Shown here: piece by piece, positions 1 to 10,382 of the stretch
How the letters are laid out: each line of letters starts with the position of its first letter
How positions within the stretch are numbered: the stretch's first letter is position 1
Assembly: GCA_945869195.1 (NCBI GenBank)
Contig: CAMBNV010000008.1
Coordinates: 1,367-65,366 of the forward strand
Reading direction: 5' to 3'
From: Gemmatimonas phototrophica
Lineage (GTDB): Bacteria; Gemmatimonadota; Gemmatimonadetes; Gemmatimonadales; Gemmatimonadaceae
DNA length: 64,000 bases
The notes under the pieces: model-generated
The model's database searches: none
Seen by the model: the letters and a program-made list of their open reading frames with translations, nothing else
Told to the model about the DNA's origin: nothing
Position numbers and translations under genes: made by a program

Positions 1-14
1 TGCCGCAACGCGCC

Positions 15-1097
15 CTAGGCTCTCGGAACCCCCAAGACCCCTCGAATCTGCTCGAACATCGAGTAGAAATCCGCGAGTTCAACGCCCGTGGCAGTCATAA
101 AGGCCGCTGCGAGCGACTTGCCGGTGCCGATCTCAGAATAGATGGCAACGAATTTGGCCACGCCCACGTTGGCAACCAGGAATTCCGTGGCCACCTCTCC
201 GATGGCGTACGGGTCCAACGTCGTCCCGTTGTTGAGCGTGACGCCTGACAGGAGAAGCGATCGCGTGGTGAGCGGACCATTCTGGAAGCGGCTGATCATC
301 TGCGGATGGCCCTGCGAGGCGAAGTCCGCGAAGCCGAAGTGACTCGCCGTCTGGAGTCCGATGAACATGGCAGGCCCTTCCCAGAACCAGCAGGGCACCG
401 CCGACCCAACCTGGCAGGGATTCGTATTCGCGGACCGCTCCTGGATCGAATGAAAGAACTCATGGCCGGCCGTTTGAGCCATTCCGATCCTGTCATTCAC
501 CATGAGGTTGTTCGTCAGGATCGTGCGGTAATTCCAGGTGTTCGACTGCCTCCCTCCAAAGGCCGGGGCGCCAGCCTTGAAGGCAGTCAGTAGACCGCTG
601 ACCTCATTCGCCGAGAAACCCTGAGCCCGATAGGTGTTCACCAGATATGCGCTATCGATGGCCACCAGATCCACAAATGGCCTGGTCGAGGGCGGGTAGG
701 AGAACGCCCTGGCGACCAGATTGGCCCCTCGGTCGATCCAACTGATCAGCACCGTATCGACACCCGTCTGAGCCAGTACCTGAATTGACGCGGCAGGGGT
801 TCGTGTCGTGGCCACATACACACCGAAGGCGGCGGTGGATGCACTGACGATCTCGGCGGCGGACGTGGGTTTTGTCCAACCGTATTTGTTCCAGAGCGCG
901 TCGACGTCAACGTCGATGGGGGCGGTCGGCGCCGTGTCTCCTCGGCATTGGGCCGCCACCAGAACGAGCGACGCGAGCGCGAGCACGGAGCGGACCCCGT
1001 TCCTCACGCGAGTGAAGGTGCGCCGCTGCTCGCAGCCGCCTACTCGCATCGCGGGTTGGGGTGCCCGGACCACTTCCGCGCCTCGCTTCGTCACCAT
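15..1097 (-). CDS. Putative lipoprotein, gluzincin-like zinc peptidase (peptidase MA-like)
   Basis: HEFFH (HExxH) followed by WFWEG; hydrophobic stretch ending VAAQC (lipobox-like); GGAG 6 nt before ATG at 1097. Confidence 0.6.
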   Translation of the reverse strand: MVTKRGAEVVRAPQPAMRVGGCEQRRTFTRVRNGVRSVLALASLVLVAAQCRGDTAPTAPIDVDVDALWNKYGWTKPTSAAEIVSASTAAFGVYVATTRTPAASIQVLAQTGVDTVLISWIDRGANLVARAFSYPPSTRPFVDLVAIDSAYLVNTYRAQGFSANEVSGLLTAFKAGAPAFGGRQSNTWNYRTILTNNLMVNDRIGMAQTAGHEFFHSIQERSANTNPCQVGSAVPCWFWEGPAMFIGLQTASHFGFADFASQGHPQMISRFQNGPLTTRSLLLSGVTLNNGTTLDPYAIGEVATEFLVANVGVAKFVAIYSEIGTGKSLAAAFMTATGVELADFYSMFEQIRGVLGVPRA

Positions 1098-1336
1098 GTG
1101 CTGCTCCAATTCCCGCTCAGGGGGGATACGGGTTCTGCCTCACTGAGAACAGAGGATTTCCCAATTAAGCATCGCGGTGTTGGCGAATCTAGATGGAAAG
1201 TGCATGGTGCCGACGACTACCACGATCGCCAACCAAAACGGCAGCGGCCGCACCAGCTGTCGCGGCGGACGCGACGGAACGATACTTTCCGGCAGCCCCG
1301 ATGGCAGATTGACTTTTCAACAGGATTGCGCCCGTC

Positions 1337-3733
1337 GTGTCCACCTTTCGGCTCCATCTGCCACGACGCGCTCGACGCGTCGCCCTCACGACGCTCGGCC
1401 TCCTCACCGTCATTGTCGGTGCGCCACGCGGCGACCTGATGGCCCAGCCGGCCACCCCCGATCGACTCCCCGACCTCGAGCGCGCGCTCGGCTTCAAGCC
1501 CGGCGCCGACCGCAAGTTGCCGAGTTGGAAGCAGGTAACCGACTACTTCGCCGCCCTCGACCGTGCCTCGCCGCGCGTGAGTGTGCGCACGATTGGCCGC
1601 ACGGTCCAGGGGCGCCCTTTCATCGTCGCCTTCATCGCCGATTCGTCGACGCTCGCGCACCTCGACCGGTACCGCACCATCCAGCGCAAGCTGATGGATC
1701 CGCGCACGCGCACCCCGTTGGATAGCCGCGAGCGGTTGATCGAAGAAGGCAAGAACGTCATCCTCGTCACCTCGGCGATTCACGCGAATGAGGTGGGCGG
1801 GTACACGACGCCCCTCGTGCTCGCGGATCGACTCGCGCGCGCGGCCGACGCCGAATCGCGGATGATCCTTACGAACACGATCATCATGTTGGTCCCGAGC
1901 CAGAACCCGGATGGCGTGGACATCGTGGGCGACTGGTATCGGGCGACTCTCGGGACGCCGGCGGAAGGCACCAATCCGCCCGAGTTGTATCACGCCTACA
2001 CTGGCCACGACAACAATCGCGACTGGTACGCTTTCACGCAGCCGGAAACGCGCGCCACAGTCGATTCGCTCTACACGCCGTGGGATCCGCAGATCGTGAA
2101 CGACATCCATCAACAGGGCGCCAACGCCGGACGGATTTTCGTGCCGCCGTACATGGACCCGGTGGAGCCGAACATTGATCCGATTCTCACCGCGAGCACC
2201 AACGCGATGGGCCTGCAGATGACCTGGCGCCTGATTGCCGACGGAAAGACGGGCGTTGCGAACAACGCCAGCTACGATCAGTGGAGTCCGGCGCGGCAGT
2301 ATTCGCTCGTCCATCGCGGGGCACGACTCCTCACCGAAACGGCGAGCGCGCGGCTCGCTTCACCAATCGAAATCCCGTTCGAGCGACTCGGGTCGGCGCG
2401 CGGCTACGACGCGAAGATCGTGACCTGGAACTTTCCTGTACTCTGGAAGGGCGGCACCTGGACCTACGGCGACATTGTCGACTATCAGGTGAACGCCTCA
2501 TGGGCCCTGTTCGTTAGCGCCGCGCGCGACCGACGCGCCTGGCTCGAGAGCTACGCTACGATGGGCGACCGCGCGCTCGGCGCGTTGCCGCCGTGGGGGA
2601 AGGAGCCATGGCCAACCGCGTTCGTGATCCCCAAGGCGCAGGCGAACGCGACCGTGTTGCAGCGACTGGTATGGACCATGCAGCACGGGCAGGTGGAGTT
2701 TCGCGAGAGCACCGCGCCGGTGACTGTGGACAGCAGGACGTATCCGGCCGGCAGCTACGTGGTGCTCACGCAGCAGCCGTTCGGCTCATATGCAAAGACC
2801 CTGTTGGAGCCACAGAACTACCCCAACCTCTTTGAGTATCCTGGCGGCCCGCCCAAACGACCGTATGACGTCACGGCGCACACGCTCCCGCTGCTCTTCG
2901 GCGTGGAGGTGGTGCCGGTCATGGGCCCTGCGCCAACGACCGGCGCGGTGCTGCCGCCGGTGCGCGACCCCTCGTACCACGCCCCGGAGCTCTCCGGTGT
3001 ACGCTCCCGCCGGATCGCGATCTACAAGAGTCACGATGCGTCGATGGATGAGGGATGGACGCGGTACGTGTTCGACACGTACAAGATCCCGTTCACGACG
3101 CTGCGAGACGGCGAGGCGCGTGCCGGTGGCCTAATCGCGAAGTACGACGTGATCATCCTCCCCGAGCAGTCGCCCACGAGCATCGCGCGCGGACTCGGCG
3201 CGCAGTATCCCGACTCGTTGCGCGGAGGTCTCGGCGAACCGGGCGCGGCGGCCCTGATGGCGTTTGTGAATGCCGGCGGCACGTTGCTGGCGTTCAATGA
3301 TGCGGCCGAATACGCGATCGATGCGCTCACGTTGCCGGTGACGAATGCGTTGGAGGGGCTAGGCAACACCGAGTTCTATGCGCCCGGCTCGATCTTCTCG
3401 GTCGAGATCGACCGTGCGCATCCTATCGCCCGGACGTTCAATGCGCCGACACCAGCGGTCTGGTTCGAGAACGGCGCGGCCTTCGACGTGAGTGATGCGT
3501 CACGCGCGACGGTGGTGGCACGCTATCCGGCGACGGGCAATCCGCTGCTCAGCGGTTGGCTCCTCGGTGCGCAGCGGCTACATGGGAAGGCCGCGCTGGT
3601 GGATGTGCGTCAAGGGAAAGGGCACGTCGTGCTGTTCGGCTTCCGTCCTCAGTATCGAGGGCAGACGGAGGCGACGTATCCACTCATCTGGGGTGCGATC
3701 CTGCAGGCGGCGGGGAATCGCCTGCTGCCGTGA
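1337..3733 (+). CDS. Exported M14-family zinc carboxypeptidase with C-terminal GATase-like domain
   Basis: Signal peptide; AIHANE (HxxE), NPDG, DNNRDW and DIHQQG motifs; GTG start. Confidence 0.85.
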   Translation: MSTFRLHLPRRARRVALTTLGLLTVIVGAPRGDLMAQPATPDRLPDLERALGFKPGADRKLPSWKQVTDYFAALDRASPRVSVRTIGRTVQGRPFIVAFIADSSTLAHLDRYRTIQRKLMDPRTRTPLDSRERLIEEGKNVILVTSAIHANEVGGYTTPLVLADRLARAADAESRMILTNTIIMLVPSQNPDGVDIVGDWYRATLGTPAEGTNPPELYHAYTGHDNNRDWYAFTQPETRATVDSLYTPWDPQIVNDIHQQGANAGRIFVPPYMDPVEPNIDPILTASTNAMGLQMTWRLIADGKTGVANNASYDQWSPARQYSLVHRGARLLTETASARLASPIEIPFERLGSARGYDAKIVTWNFPVLWKGGTWTYGDIVDYQVNASWALFVSAARDRRAWLESYATMGDRALGALPPWGKEPWPTAFVIPKAQANATVLQRLVWTMQHGQVEFRESTAPVTVDSRTYPAGSYVVLTQQPFGSYAKTLLEPQNYPNLFEYPGGPPKRPYDVTAHTLPLLFGVEVVPVMGPAPTTGAVLPPVRDPSYHAPELSGVRSRRIAIYKSHDASMDEGWTRYVFDTYKIPFTTLRDGEARAGGLIAKYDVIILPEQSPTSIARGLGAQYPDSLRGGLGEPGAAALMAFVNAGGTLLAFNDAAEYAIDALTLPVTNALEGLGNTEFYAPGSIFSVEIDRAHPIARTFNAPTPAVWFENGAAFDVSDASRATVVARYPATGNPLLSGWLLGAQRLHGKAALVDVRQGKGHVVLFGFRPQYRGQTEATYPLIWGAILQAAGNRLLP

Positions 3734-3821
3734 CCGGCACCGCGACCTTCCCAGTATAGATATTACTGACACGACCAATCCCCGCGCGCGCCTGTACATC
3801 TACCTCCAGACCACCACATCG

Positions 3822-5867
3822 ATGCGACTCTCACTCCTGCGATTCGCCGCTACACTCAGTGCATTGCTGACCTCACCGGCCGCCGCTCAGGTCGAGGCAT
3901 CGACGCCCCCCTCGGCGACGCCGTCGCGTATCGCCCGGATCGTAGTGACGCCAGTGCAGAAGGTCGTCACGGCTGGTGACTCACTCCGCTTCACGGCCGA
4001 GGCGCGCGACGCACAGAATGCTATCATCCCCGGAGTCCAGTTTCGCTGGAGCCGCGAATCGGGCGCACGATTCGAAGGACGCGTCGACGACTCGGGACTT
4101 CTGGTCTCCGGCTCCACCGGGACACTGCCGGTGGTCGTCGTCGGCATCCTGCCCGGCGAGCAACCGAAGGTGCTGCGGTTTGAAGTCCGCATGGTGCCGG
4201 GCACGGCCGCCCGCATCGCGATCGCTCCCCAGCCGGCCCGGCTCGTGCCCGGACAACGGATTCGCCTCGGCGCCTCTGTTTTCTCGCGCCTCGATGACCT
4301 GCGCGCCGATCGCGTGACGTGGACCTCATCGAACGCGGCCGTTGCGCGGGTGAGCGATGCCGGACTTCTCATCGCCGTCGCGGCCGGGCGCGCGACAATC
4401 ACGGCGAGCGTTGGGACGGTCCAGCAGACACACGCACTACAAGTGGTGGCTACCACCGTGAGCTCACTCACGGTCACGCCTGACGTGATGGACGCTCGCA
4501 CCGGTGACGTAATCCGCTTCGCCGCGGTGGCCAAGGACGCGACGGGCAGGACGATCGAGGGTCTCACGCCCGTCTGGAGTTTCAATCCGGGCCACGGCCT
4601 ACTCGAAGGCGATGGCGTCTTCGTTGGCTACGAGGCAGGACTGTACACCGTGACCGCTTCACTCGGCAATCGCACGGCGGAGGCGATGGTCACGCTGGCG
4701 CCGCGCGACGTACGCCGGCCGCTCGAGCTGGTGGGCCGCCTCGCGCGCTCGCGCTTCACCACGGAAGAAGTCTGGCTGCATCCCAACGGCAAGGTCGCGT
4801 ACCTCGGCTCTGGCGGCGGTGGCGACGCACTCTTCGTGATTGACATCTCTGATCCGGCACATCCCGTGCTCGTTGATTCGCTCATCGCGAACACGCGGCG
4901 CGTGAACGATGTGATGACGACTCCCGATGGCAAGTTTCTCGTGCACACGCGGGAAGGTGCCTCGGACCGAAAGAATGGCGTGGTCTTCGCGTCGCTCGAG
5001 GATCCGCTCCACCCCAAGGTGATCTCGGAGTTCACCGAGGGCGTCACTGCTGGCGTGCACTCTGCGTTCATCTACAAGGATCCCAAGTACGGCCAGCACG
5101 TCTACATCACCAACGCCGGTACCGGCGGACTCAATGTGCTCAACATCGACGACCCGTACCATCCGCGCGAAGTCTCGCGCTGGTCGCCAACGGATCAGCC
5201 AGTCGCCGGGCGCTCGTTGCACGACATCGACATCAAGGACGGCCTGCTCTACGCGTCGTGGTGGAACGAGGGGCTCGTCATCCTTGACGTGGGCAACGGG
5301 ATCCGCGGCGGCACGCCGTCGGCTCCGGTGATGGTCTCGCAGTTCAAGTACGATCTCAATGCGCTCTATCGGCAGACGGAAGTGGACGGCGGCGCGGGCT
5401 TCATCCGCGGTACGCACACGGCGTGGCGCCACAAGAACTATGTCTTCATCGCCGACGAGGTATTTCCCGCCAACCCGCCTAAAGGGGTAACGGCGACATG
5501 GGCCGGGCGCGCGTACGGCCGCCTGCAGGTCGTCGATGTCAGTGATATCGCCAAGCCGCGCTCGGTCGCGTTCTACGAGCCGGAATACGGCGGCGTGCAC
5601 AACGTCTGGGTTGCCGGCGACTCACTCTACATGGGCGCCTACAACGCTGGTTTTCGCGTCTTCGACATTTCGGGCGAACTGCGGGGTGACCTGCGCGCGC
5701 AGGGCCGCGAGATCGGCGCCTTTAACACGGCCGACATGGACGGCCTGGTGCAGAACTCGGCGATGACCTGGGGCGTGGTGGTACGCGACGGCCTCGCGTA
5801 TGTGAACGATGACCACAACGGGCTCTGGATCATTCGGATCGTGCCGAAGACGCCCGTGGTGCCATGA
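3822..5867 (+). CDS. Exported Ig-like (Big_2) repeats plus LVIVD-repeat beta-propeller protein
   Basis: Signal peptide MRLSLLRF..AAAQ; Ig-like repeats (VTWTSSNAAVARVSDAGLL); LVIDIS/LVILDV/LQVVDVS repeats; start moved from 3492. Confidence 0.75.
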   Translation: MRLSLLRFAATLSALLTSPAAAQVEASTPPSATPSRIARIVVTPVQKVVTAGDSLRFTAEARDAQNAIIPGVQFRWSRESGARFEGRVDDSGLLVSGSTGTLPVVVVGILPGEQPKVLRFEVRMVPGTAARIAIAPQPARLVPGQRIRLGASVFSRLDDLRADRVTWTSSNAAVARVSDAGLLIAVAAGRATITASVGTVQQTHALQVVATTVSSLTVTPDVMDARTGDVIRFAAVAKDATGRTIEGLTPVWSFNPGHGLLEGDGVFVGYEAGLYTVTASLGNRTAEAMVTLAPRDVRRPLELVGRLARSRFTTEEVWLHPNGKVAYLGSGGGGDALFVIDISDPAHPVLVDSLIANTRRVNDVMTTPDGKFLVHTREGASDRKNGVVFASLEDPLHPKVISEFTEGVTAGVHSAFIYKDPKYGQHVYITNAGTGGLNVLNIDDPYHPREVSRWSPTDQPVAGRSLHDIDIKDGLLYASWWNEGLVILDVGNGIRGGTPSAPVMVSQFKYDLNALYRQTEVDGGAGFIRGTHTAWRHKNYVFIADEVFPANPPKGVTATWAGRAYGRLQVVDVSDIAKPRSVAFYEPEYGGVHNVWVAGDSLYMGAYNAGFRVFDISGELRGDLRAQGREIGAFNTADMDGLVQNSAMTWGVVVRDGLAYVNDDHNGLWIIRIVPKTPVVP

Positions 5868-7036
5868 CGGTGCGGCCACGCCTCGTCGTCGCACTGATCC
5901 TCGCGACGACGAGTCTCACGATCACGAGTCTCACGCCGACGCCGGGCGCCGCGCAGCCGACGCGGGAGTACCGCGCGTATGTGCTCTCCGAGTCGGTGGA
6001 TGAGATCGCGATCGTGCGCTTCGGACCGGCGGGAGCGAGTGTCGAACGCACTGTCCCCATCGGCCTGTCGCTCATGGATCCCGACGGTCCGCACGGCGTC
6101 GCGGTCGCGCCGAATGGCGAGTTCTACTTCGTCTCGACCGCACATGGCAATCCGTTCGGCAGCCTCTGGAAGTTCCGTGCCTCCACCAATGAACCCGTCG
6201 GTCGCGTGGAGCTCGGCAACTTTCCGGCAACAGTGCAGGTGAGCCCCGACGGCTACTTCGCCTGGGTAGCAAACTTTAACCTGCACGGCGCGATGGAACC
6301 CTCGAGCGTATCGGTGGTGGAAACGGGGGAGATGATCGAGATCGCGCGCATTCCCACCTGCACCATGCCGCACGGCTCGCGCCTGAACGCGCAGGGGACC
6401 AAGCACTACTCGGCCTGTATGATGGACGAAGAGCTCGTGGAGATCGACGCGCGCACCTTTCAGGTGGCACGACACTTCTTCCTCACCAAGGGAAGCGAGA
6501 TGGGAATGAGGGGCGCGCCGCCCCTTCGCGGGACGACCGCGCGCCAGGACCATGACCGGGGCGGCCACGGCATGGTGCCGCCGCAGCCCGGTGACGTCGG
6601 CTGCTCTCCGACCTGGGCGCAGCCGAGCAGAGATGGCACGCGTGTCTGGGTGGCATGCAATAAGTCGAATGAGCTGGTGGAGATCGACGTCGCCACGTGG
6701 CAGCTCGTGCGGCGGATTCCAGCGGGCGATGGGGTCTACAATCTCGCGGCCACTCACGATGGAACGCGCCTGCTCGCGACGAACAAGCGTGGGCAATCGG
6801 TCTCGGTATTCGATGCGGCGAGCGGGAAGGAACTCGCGCGGATTGCAACGTCAAAGCGCGTAGTGCACGGCGTCACCGTGACCGCGGACGATCGCTATGC
6901 GTTCGTCACGAACGAGGGCGTGGGATCGGAGACAGCGACGGTCGATGTGATCGATCTCGTGACGCTCAGGCGCGTAGCGACGGTGGAGGTCGGCCAACAG
7001 GCGGGCGGCGTAGACGTCACTCCACCCGACGCCTGA
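5864..7036 (+). CDS. Exported YncE/YVTN-type beta-propeller protein
   Basis: Signal peptide; PHGVAVAP and VSVFD-type blade repeats; ATGA overlap with upstream gene. Confidence 0.75.
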   Translation: MTVRPRLVVALILATTSLTITSLTPTPGAAQPTREYRAYVLSESVDEIAIVRFGPAGASVERTVPIGLSLMDPDGPHGVAVAPNGEFYFVSTAHGNPFGSLWKFRASTNEPVGRVELGNFPATVQVSPDGYFAWVANFNLHGAMEPSSVSVVETGEMIEIARIPTCTMPHGSRLNAQGTKHYSACMMDEELVEIDARTFQVARHFFLTKGSEMGMRGAPPLRGTTARQDHDRGGHGMVPPQPGDVGCSPTWAQPSRDGTRVWVACNKSNELVEIDVATWQLVRRIPAGDGVYNLAATHDGTRLLATNKRGQSVSVFDAASGKELARIATSKRVVHGVTVTADDRYAFVTNEGVGSETATVDVIDLVTLRRVATVEVGQQAGGVDVTPPDA

Positions 7037-8648
7037 GCGCCCGCCCAGTCCGCGCGAACCGCTCCCCGTCGAGGAACGACACGCCCCCGTTCACGACTGT
7101 TGCTTTGAACCCTTCGGCGTACTGAAACGGATTCGTAAAGTCCGCGCGATCGATCACCCGGTCGGCGTCGAACACCGTCACGTCGGCAAAGGCCCCAACA
7201 CGGAGCCAGCCGCGGTCGGTCATCCCAACGCGTGAGGCGGGGAGCGCGCTGCACTTGCGCACCCCCTGCTCGAGCGTGAGGGTCTTTCGCTCCCGCACGT
7301 AGCGCCCCAGCACTCGAGCGAAGCTCCCTGCCCCGCGCGGATGCGGCACCCCGCGTCGCGCCGGACCGCTCACCGCCAGCGAGCCGCCGTCCGACGCGAC
7401 CATCCCCCAGTCGTGCTGCAGGATCCGCTCGAGGTTCGCCTCGCTCATGGCGAATCCGATCATGCCCACGGATCCGTTGTTCCGACGGAGCAGCGCGAGC
7501 GTGAATGCGTAAGGATCCTGCGCCAGACGCGTCGCGAACGCTCCCAGCCGCTGCCCTTCGGAGGGCTTATCACCGGCGGCCCCGACGCTCGTGATCTGCA
7601 CGTTATCCCAGCCGCCGATGAGCGCGACTTTATCGAGCGTCTCGGTCCGAATGCGGGCCGCCGTGGCCGGATCATCGAGGCGCGCAAAGAACTGCGGCGT
7701 GCCGCCGTCGCGCGACCAGACGGGGAAGAGATTGGTGAGACCGGTCTGATAGGCGAGATACGGATATCGGTCGAATGCGATATCGACGCCGGCTGCGCGC
7801 GCTTCGTCCACGCGGGCAAAGACGGCGTCGAGCCGCGCCCAGTTGCGCGGGCCCTGCGTCTTGAGATGTGCGATCTGCAGTCCGCACCCCGCGCCCCGCG
7901 CGACCGCGATCGATTCGTCAATCGCGTCAAGCAGGCGGTCGTCCTCGTTGCGCAGATGCGTGTGGTAGGCGAGGTACCGCGCCGCGAGGGGTGTGCAGAG
8001 CGCGATCAGTTCATCGCGCGAGGCGAACGCCCCCGGTGTGTACTCAAGCCCACTTGATGCCCCCAGTGCTCCCTCCACGAGCGCCTGCTCCACGAGCGCG
8101 ACCATGCGCGCCATCTCGGCGGGCGTGGCGGGACGGTCGTCGCCGCCCACGACGACGCTGCGGACCGTACCGAGCCCGACGAGCGTCCCTACGTTCGCTC
8201 CAGGCCTGAGTGCGTCAATCCGATCGAGCACCGTGCGGACCGTCGCACTGCCTTCCCCGTCCTCGCGTCGCGCCGGAGCGCGTGAACTGCCGTCGGCGCC
8301 GACGATGATCGAGGTGACACCCTGCCGTACGACGGATTCCATCTGGGGGTCGTCGAACATGGTGCCGTCGCCATGGGAATGCACGTCGACGAACCCTGGG
8401 GCAACAATGAGCTCCCGGCAGTCGATCTCGCGCGCGGCGCGCGCGGCAAGGCGCAGACCAATTTGGGTGATCCGGTCACCCGTGATTGCGAGGTCGGCCT
8501 GAAAGCGCGGGCGGCCGGATCCGTCGACCACAACGCCGCCTCGGAGGATGAGGTCTTCATCGCGGCGCCTGATACCGACGAGCGCTGGGGGGCCCGCGAG
8601 CAGCGGCAACGCGGCGGCGATCTGAGAGACGAATGCGCGACGTTTCAC
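7017..8648 (-). CDS. N-acyl-D-amino-acid deacylase (D-aminoacylase), Tat-exported
   Basis: KRRAF twin-arginine signal; PGFVDVHSH, HTHLRNE, IAHLK, SDGG and PHPRGAGSFARVLG motifs; GTG start chosen at 8648. Confidence 0.85.
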   Translation of the reverse strand: MKRRAFVSQIAAALPLLAGPPALVGIRRRDEDLILRGGVVVDGSGRPRFQADLAITGDRITQIGLRLAARAAREIDCRELIVAPGFVDVHSHGDGTMFDDPQMESVVRQGVTSIIVGADGSSRAPARREDGEGSATVRTVLDRIDALRPGANVGTLVGLGTVRSVVVGGDDRPATPAEMARMVALVEQALVEGALGASSGLEYTPGAFASRDELIALCTPLAARYLAYHTHLRNEDDRLLDAIDESIAVARGAGCGLQIAHLKTQGPRNWARLDAVFARVDEARAAGVDIAFDRYPYLAYQTGLTNLFPVWSRDGGTPQFFARLDDPATAARIRTETLDKVALIGGWDNVQITSVGAAGDKPSEGQRLGAFATRLAQDPYAFTLALLRRNNGSVGMIGFAMSEANLERILQHDWGMVASDGGSLAVSGPARRGVPHPRGAGSFARVLGRYVRERKTLTLEQGVRKCSALPASRVGMTDRGWLRVGAFADVTVFDADRVIDRADFTNPFQYAEGFKATVVNGGVSFLDGERFARTGRALRRRVE

Positions 8649-8699
8649 GAGACGATGTGAGAGGAGAGAGACGATGCCCAATATGGTGGATAAAGTGAA

Positions 8700-8739
8700 G
8701 CGGGGTGGTCCGGCGCGCTACCGCGCTGGACCGCCCCGC
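8700..8739 (-). terminator. Probable intrinsic terminator downstream of ahcY
   Basis: 18-bp arms (16 paired on the minus strand), 4-nt loop, followed by UUCACUUU on the minus strand. Confidence 0.65.
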
Positions 8740-8775
8740 CTCTTCTCTCGCCTCTCCCTGCGACTGCCTGCCCCT

Positions 8776-10266
8776 CTAGTACCGATAGTGATCCGACTTG
8801 TACGGCCCCTCGACCGGCACACCGATATACGCGGCCTGCTTCTCCGTGAGCTTCGTGAGTTTGACGCCGAGCTTCGCGAGGTGGAGGCGCGCGACCTTCT
8901 CGTCGAGGTGCTTCGGCAGCACGTACAACTTCTTCTCGTACTTGCCGTTGTTGAGGTGCAGCTCGATCTGCGCCATCACCTGGTTCGTGAACGACGCCGA
9001 CATCACGAACGATGGGTGGCCGGTCGCGCAGCCGAGATTGAGCAGACGGCCTTCGGCGAGGATCAGCACCGAGTGGCCGTCAGGGAAGATCCACTCGTCG
9101 AACTGCGGCTTGATGTTATTGCGCGTGATGCCCTTGTAGTTCTTGAGGCCCGCCATGTCGATCTCGTTATCGAAGTGGCCGATGTTTCCCACGATCGCCT
9201 TGTCCTTCATCTTGGCCATATGCTCGACCGAGATGATGTCGGCGTTTCCGGTGGCGGTAATGAAGACGTCCGCGGTCGCGACGACCTCGTCGAGCGTCGT
9301 GACCTGATAGCCTTCCATCGCAGCCTGGAGCGCGCAGATGGGATCGACCTCGGTGATCACCACGCGCGCGCCCTGCGCGCGCAGCGACTGCGCCGACCCC
9401 TTGCCGACATCGCCGTAGCCGAGCACGACAGCGACCTTGCCGGCGAGCATGACATCGGAGGCGCGCAGGATGCCGTCGGTGAGCGAGTGGCGGCAGCCGT
9501 AGAGGTTGTCGAACTTTGACTTGGTCACAGCGTCGTTGACGTTGATCGCCGGAAACAGGAGCGTGCCGGCCGTCATCATGTCATAGAGGCGGTGTACCCC
9601 GGTGGTCGTCTCCTCGGAGACGCCGCGGATCGCTCTGCCGACGGTCGTCCAGCGCGTCGGGTCTTCCTTGATGGTTTTGCGCAGTAGCTCGAGAATCACA
9701 CCCCACTCCTCGGGCTCGTTCGTTGGATCGAACGCTGGCACCTTGCCCGCCGCCTCATACTCGGTCCCCTTGTGCACGAGCATCGTCGCGTCGCCGCCGT
9801 CATCGAGGATCAGGTTCGGGCCACCGCCGTCGGGCCACATGAGCGCCTGCTCGGTGCACCACCAGTATTCATCGAGCGTCTCCCCCTTCCAGGCGAACAC
9901 CGGCACGCCGCGGGGCTCTGCGACCGAGCCGTCTTGGCCAATCGCGACGCCCGCTGCCGCATGGTCCTGTGTGGAGAAGATGTTGCACGACACCCAGCGC
10001 ACGTCGGCGCCGAGCTCCGTGAGCGTCTCGATGAGGACCGCCGTCTGGATGGTCATGTGCAGCGAGCCCATGATGCGCGCGCCGGCGAGTGGCGTTTTAC
10101 CCTTGTACTCGGTGCGGAGCGCCATAAGCCCCGGCATCTCGAACTCGGCGAGACGGATTTCTTGACGACCCCACTCGGCGAGCGAGAGGTCGGCGACCTT
10201 GAAGGCTGGGCGGCCGGTGGACTTCACGGCATCGAATGGGTGGAGCGTGGGTACGGTGGCGGTCAT
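8776..10266 (-). CDS. ahcY: Adenosylhomocysteinase (SAH hydrolase)
   Basis: [54 protein letters not shown]. Confidence 0.98.
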   Translation of the reverse strand: MTATVPTLHPFDAVKSTGRPAFKVADLSLAEWGRQEIRLAEFEMPGLMALRTEYKGKTPLAGARIMGSLHMTIQTAVLIETLTELGADVRWVSCNIFSTQDHAAAGVAIGQDGSVAEPRGVPVFAWKGETLDEYWWCTEQALMWPDGGGPNLILDDGGDATMLVHKGTEYEAAGKVPAFDPTNEPEEWGVILELLRKTIKEDPTRWTTVGRAIRGVSEETTTGVHRLYDMMTAGTLLFPAINVNDAVTKSKFDNLYGCRHSLTDGILRASDVMLAGKVAVVLGYGDVGKGSAQSLRAQGARVVITEVDPICALQAAMEGYQVTTLDEVVATADVFITATGNADIISVEHMAKMKDKAIVGNIGHFDNEIDMAGLKNYKGITRNNIKPQFDEWIFPDGHSVLILAEGRLLNLGCATGHPSFVMSASFTNQVMAQIELHLNNGKYEKKLYVLPKHLDEKVARLHLAKLGVKLTKLTEKQAAYIGVPVEGPYKSDHYRY

Positions 10267-10382
10267 CTGAACTCAACTCGTGGAATGGGAACGGTGAGAG
10301 GTGCGGGGGGCGGGTAAATCAAGAAACTCTGGTGGCGTGCGCGCGGTGCGGGACCTTCCCTCGCCTCTCGCTCTGGTCGCCT

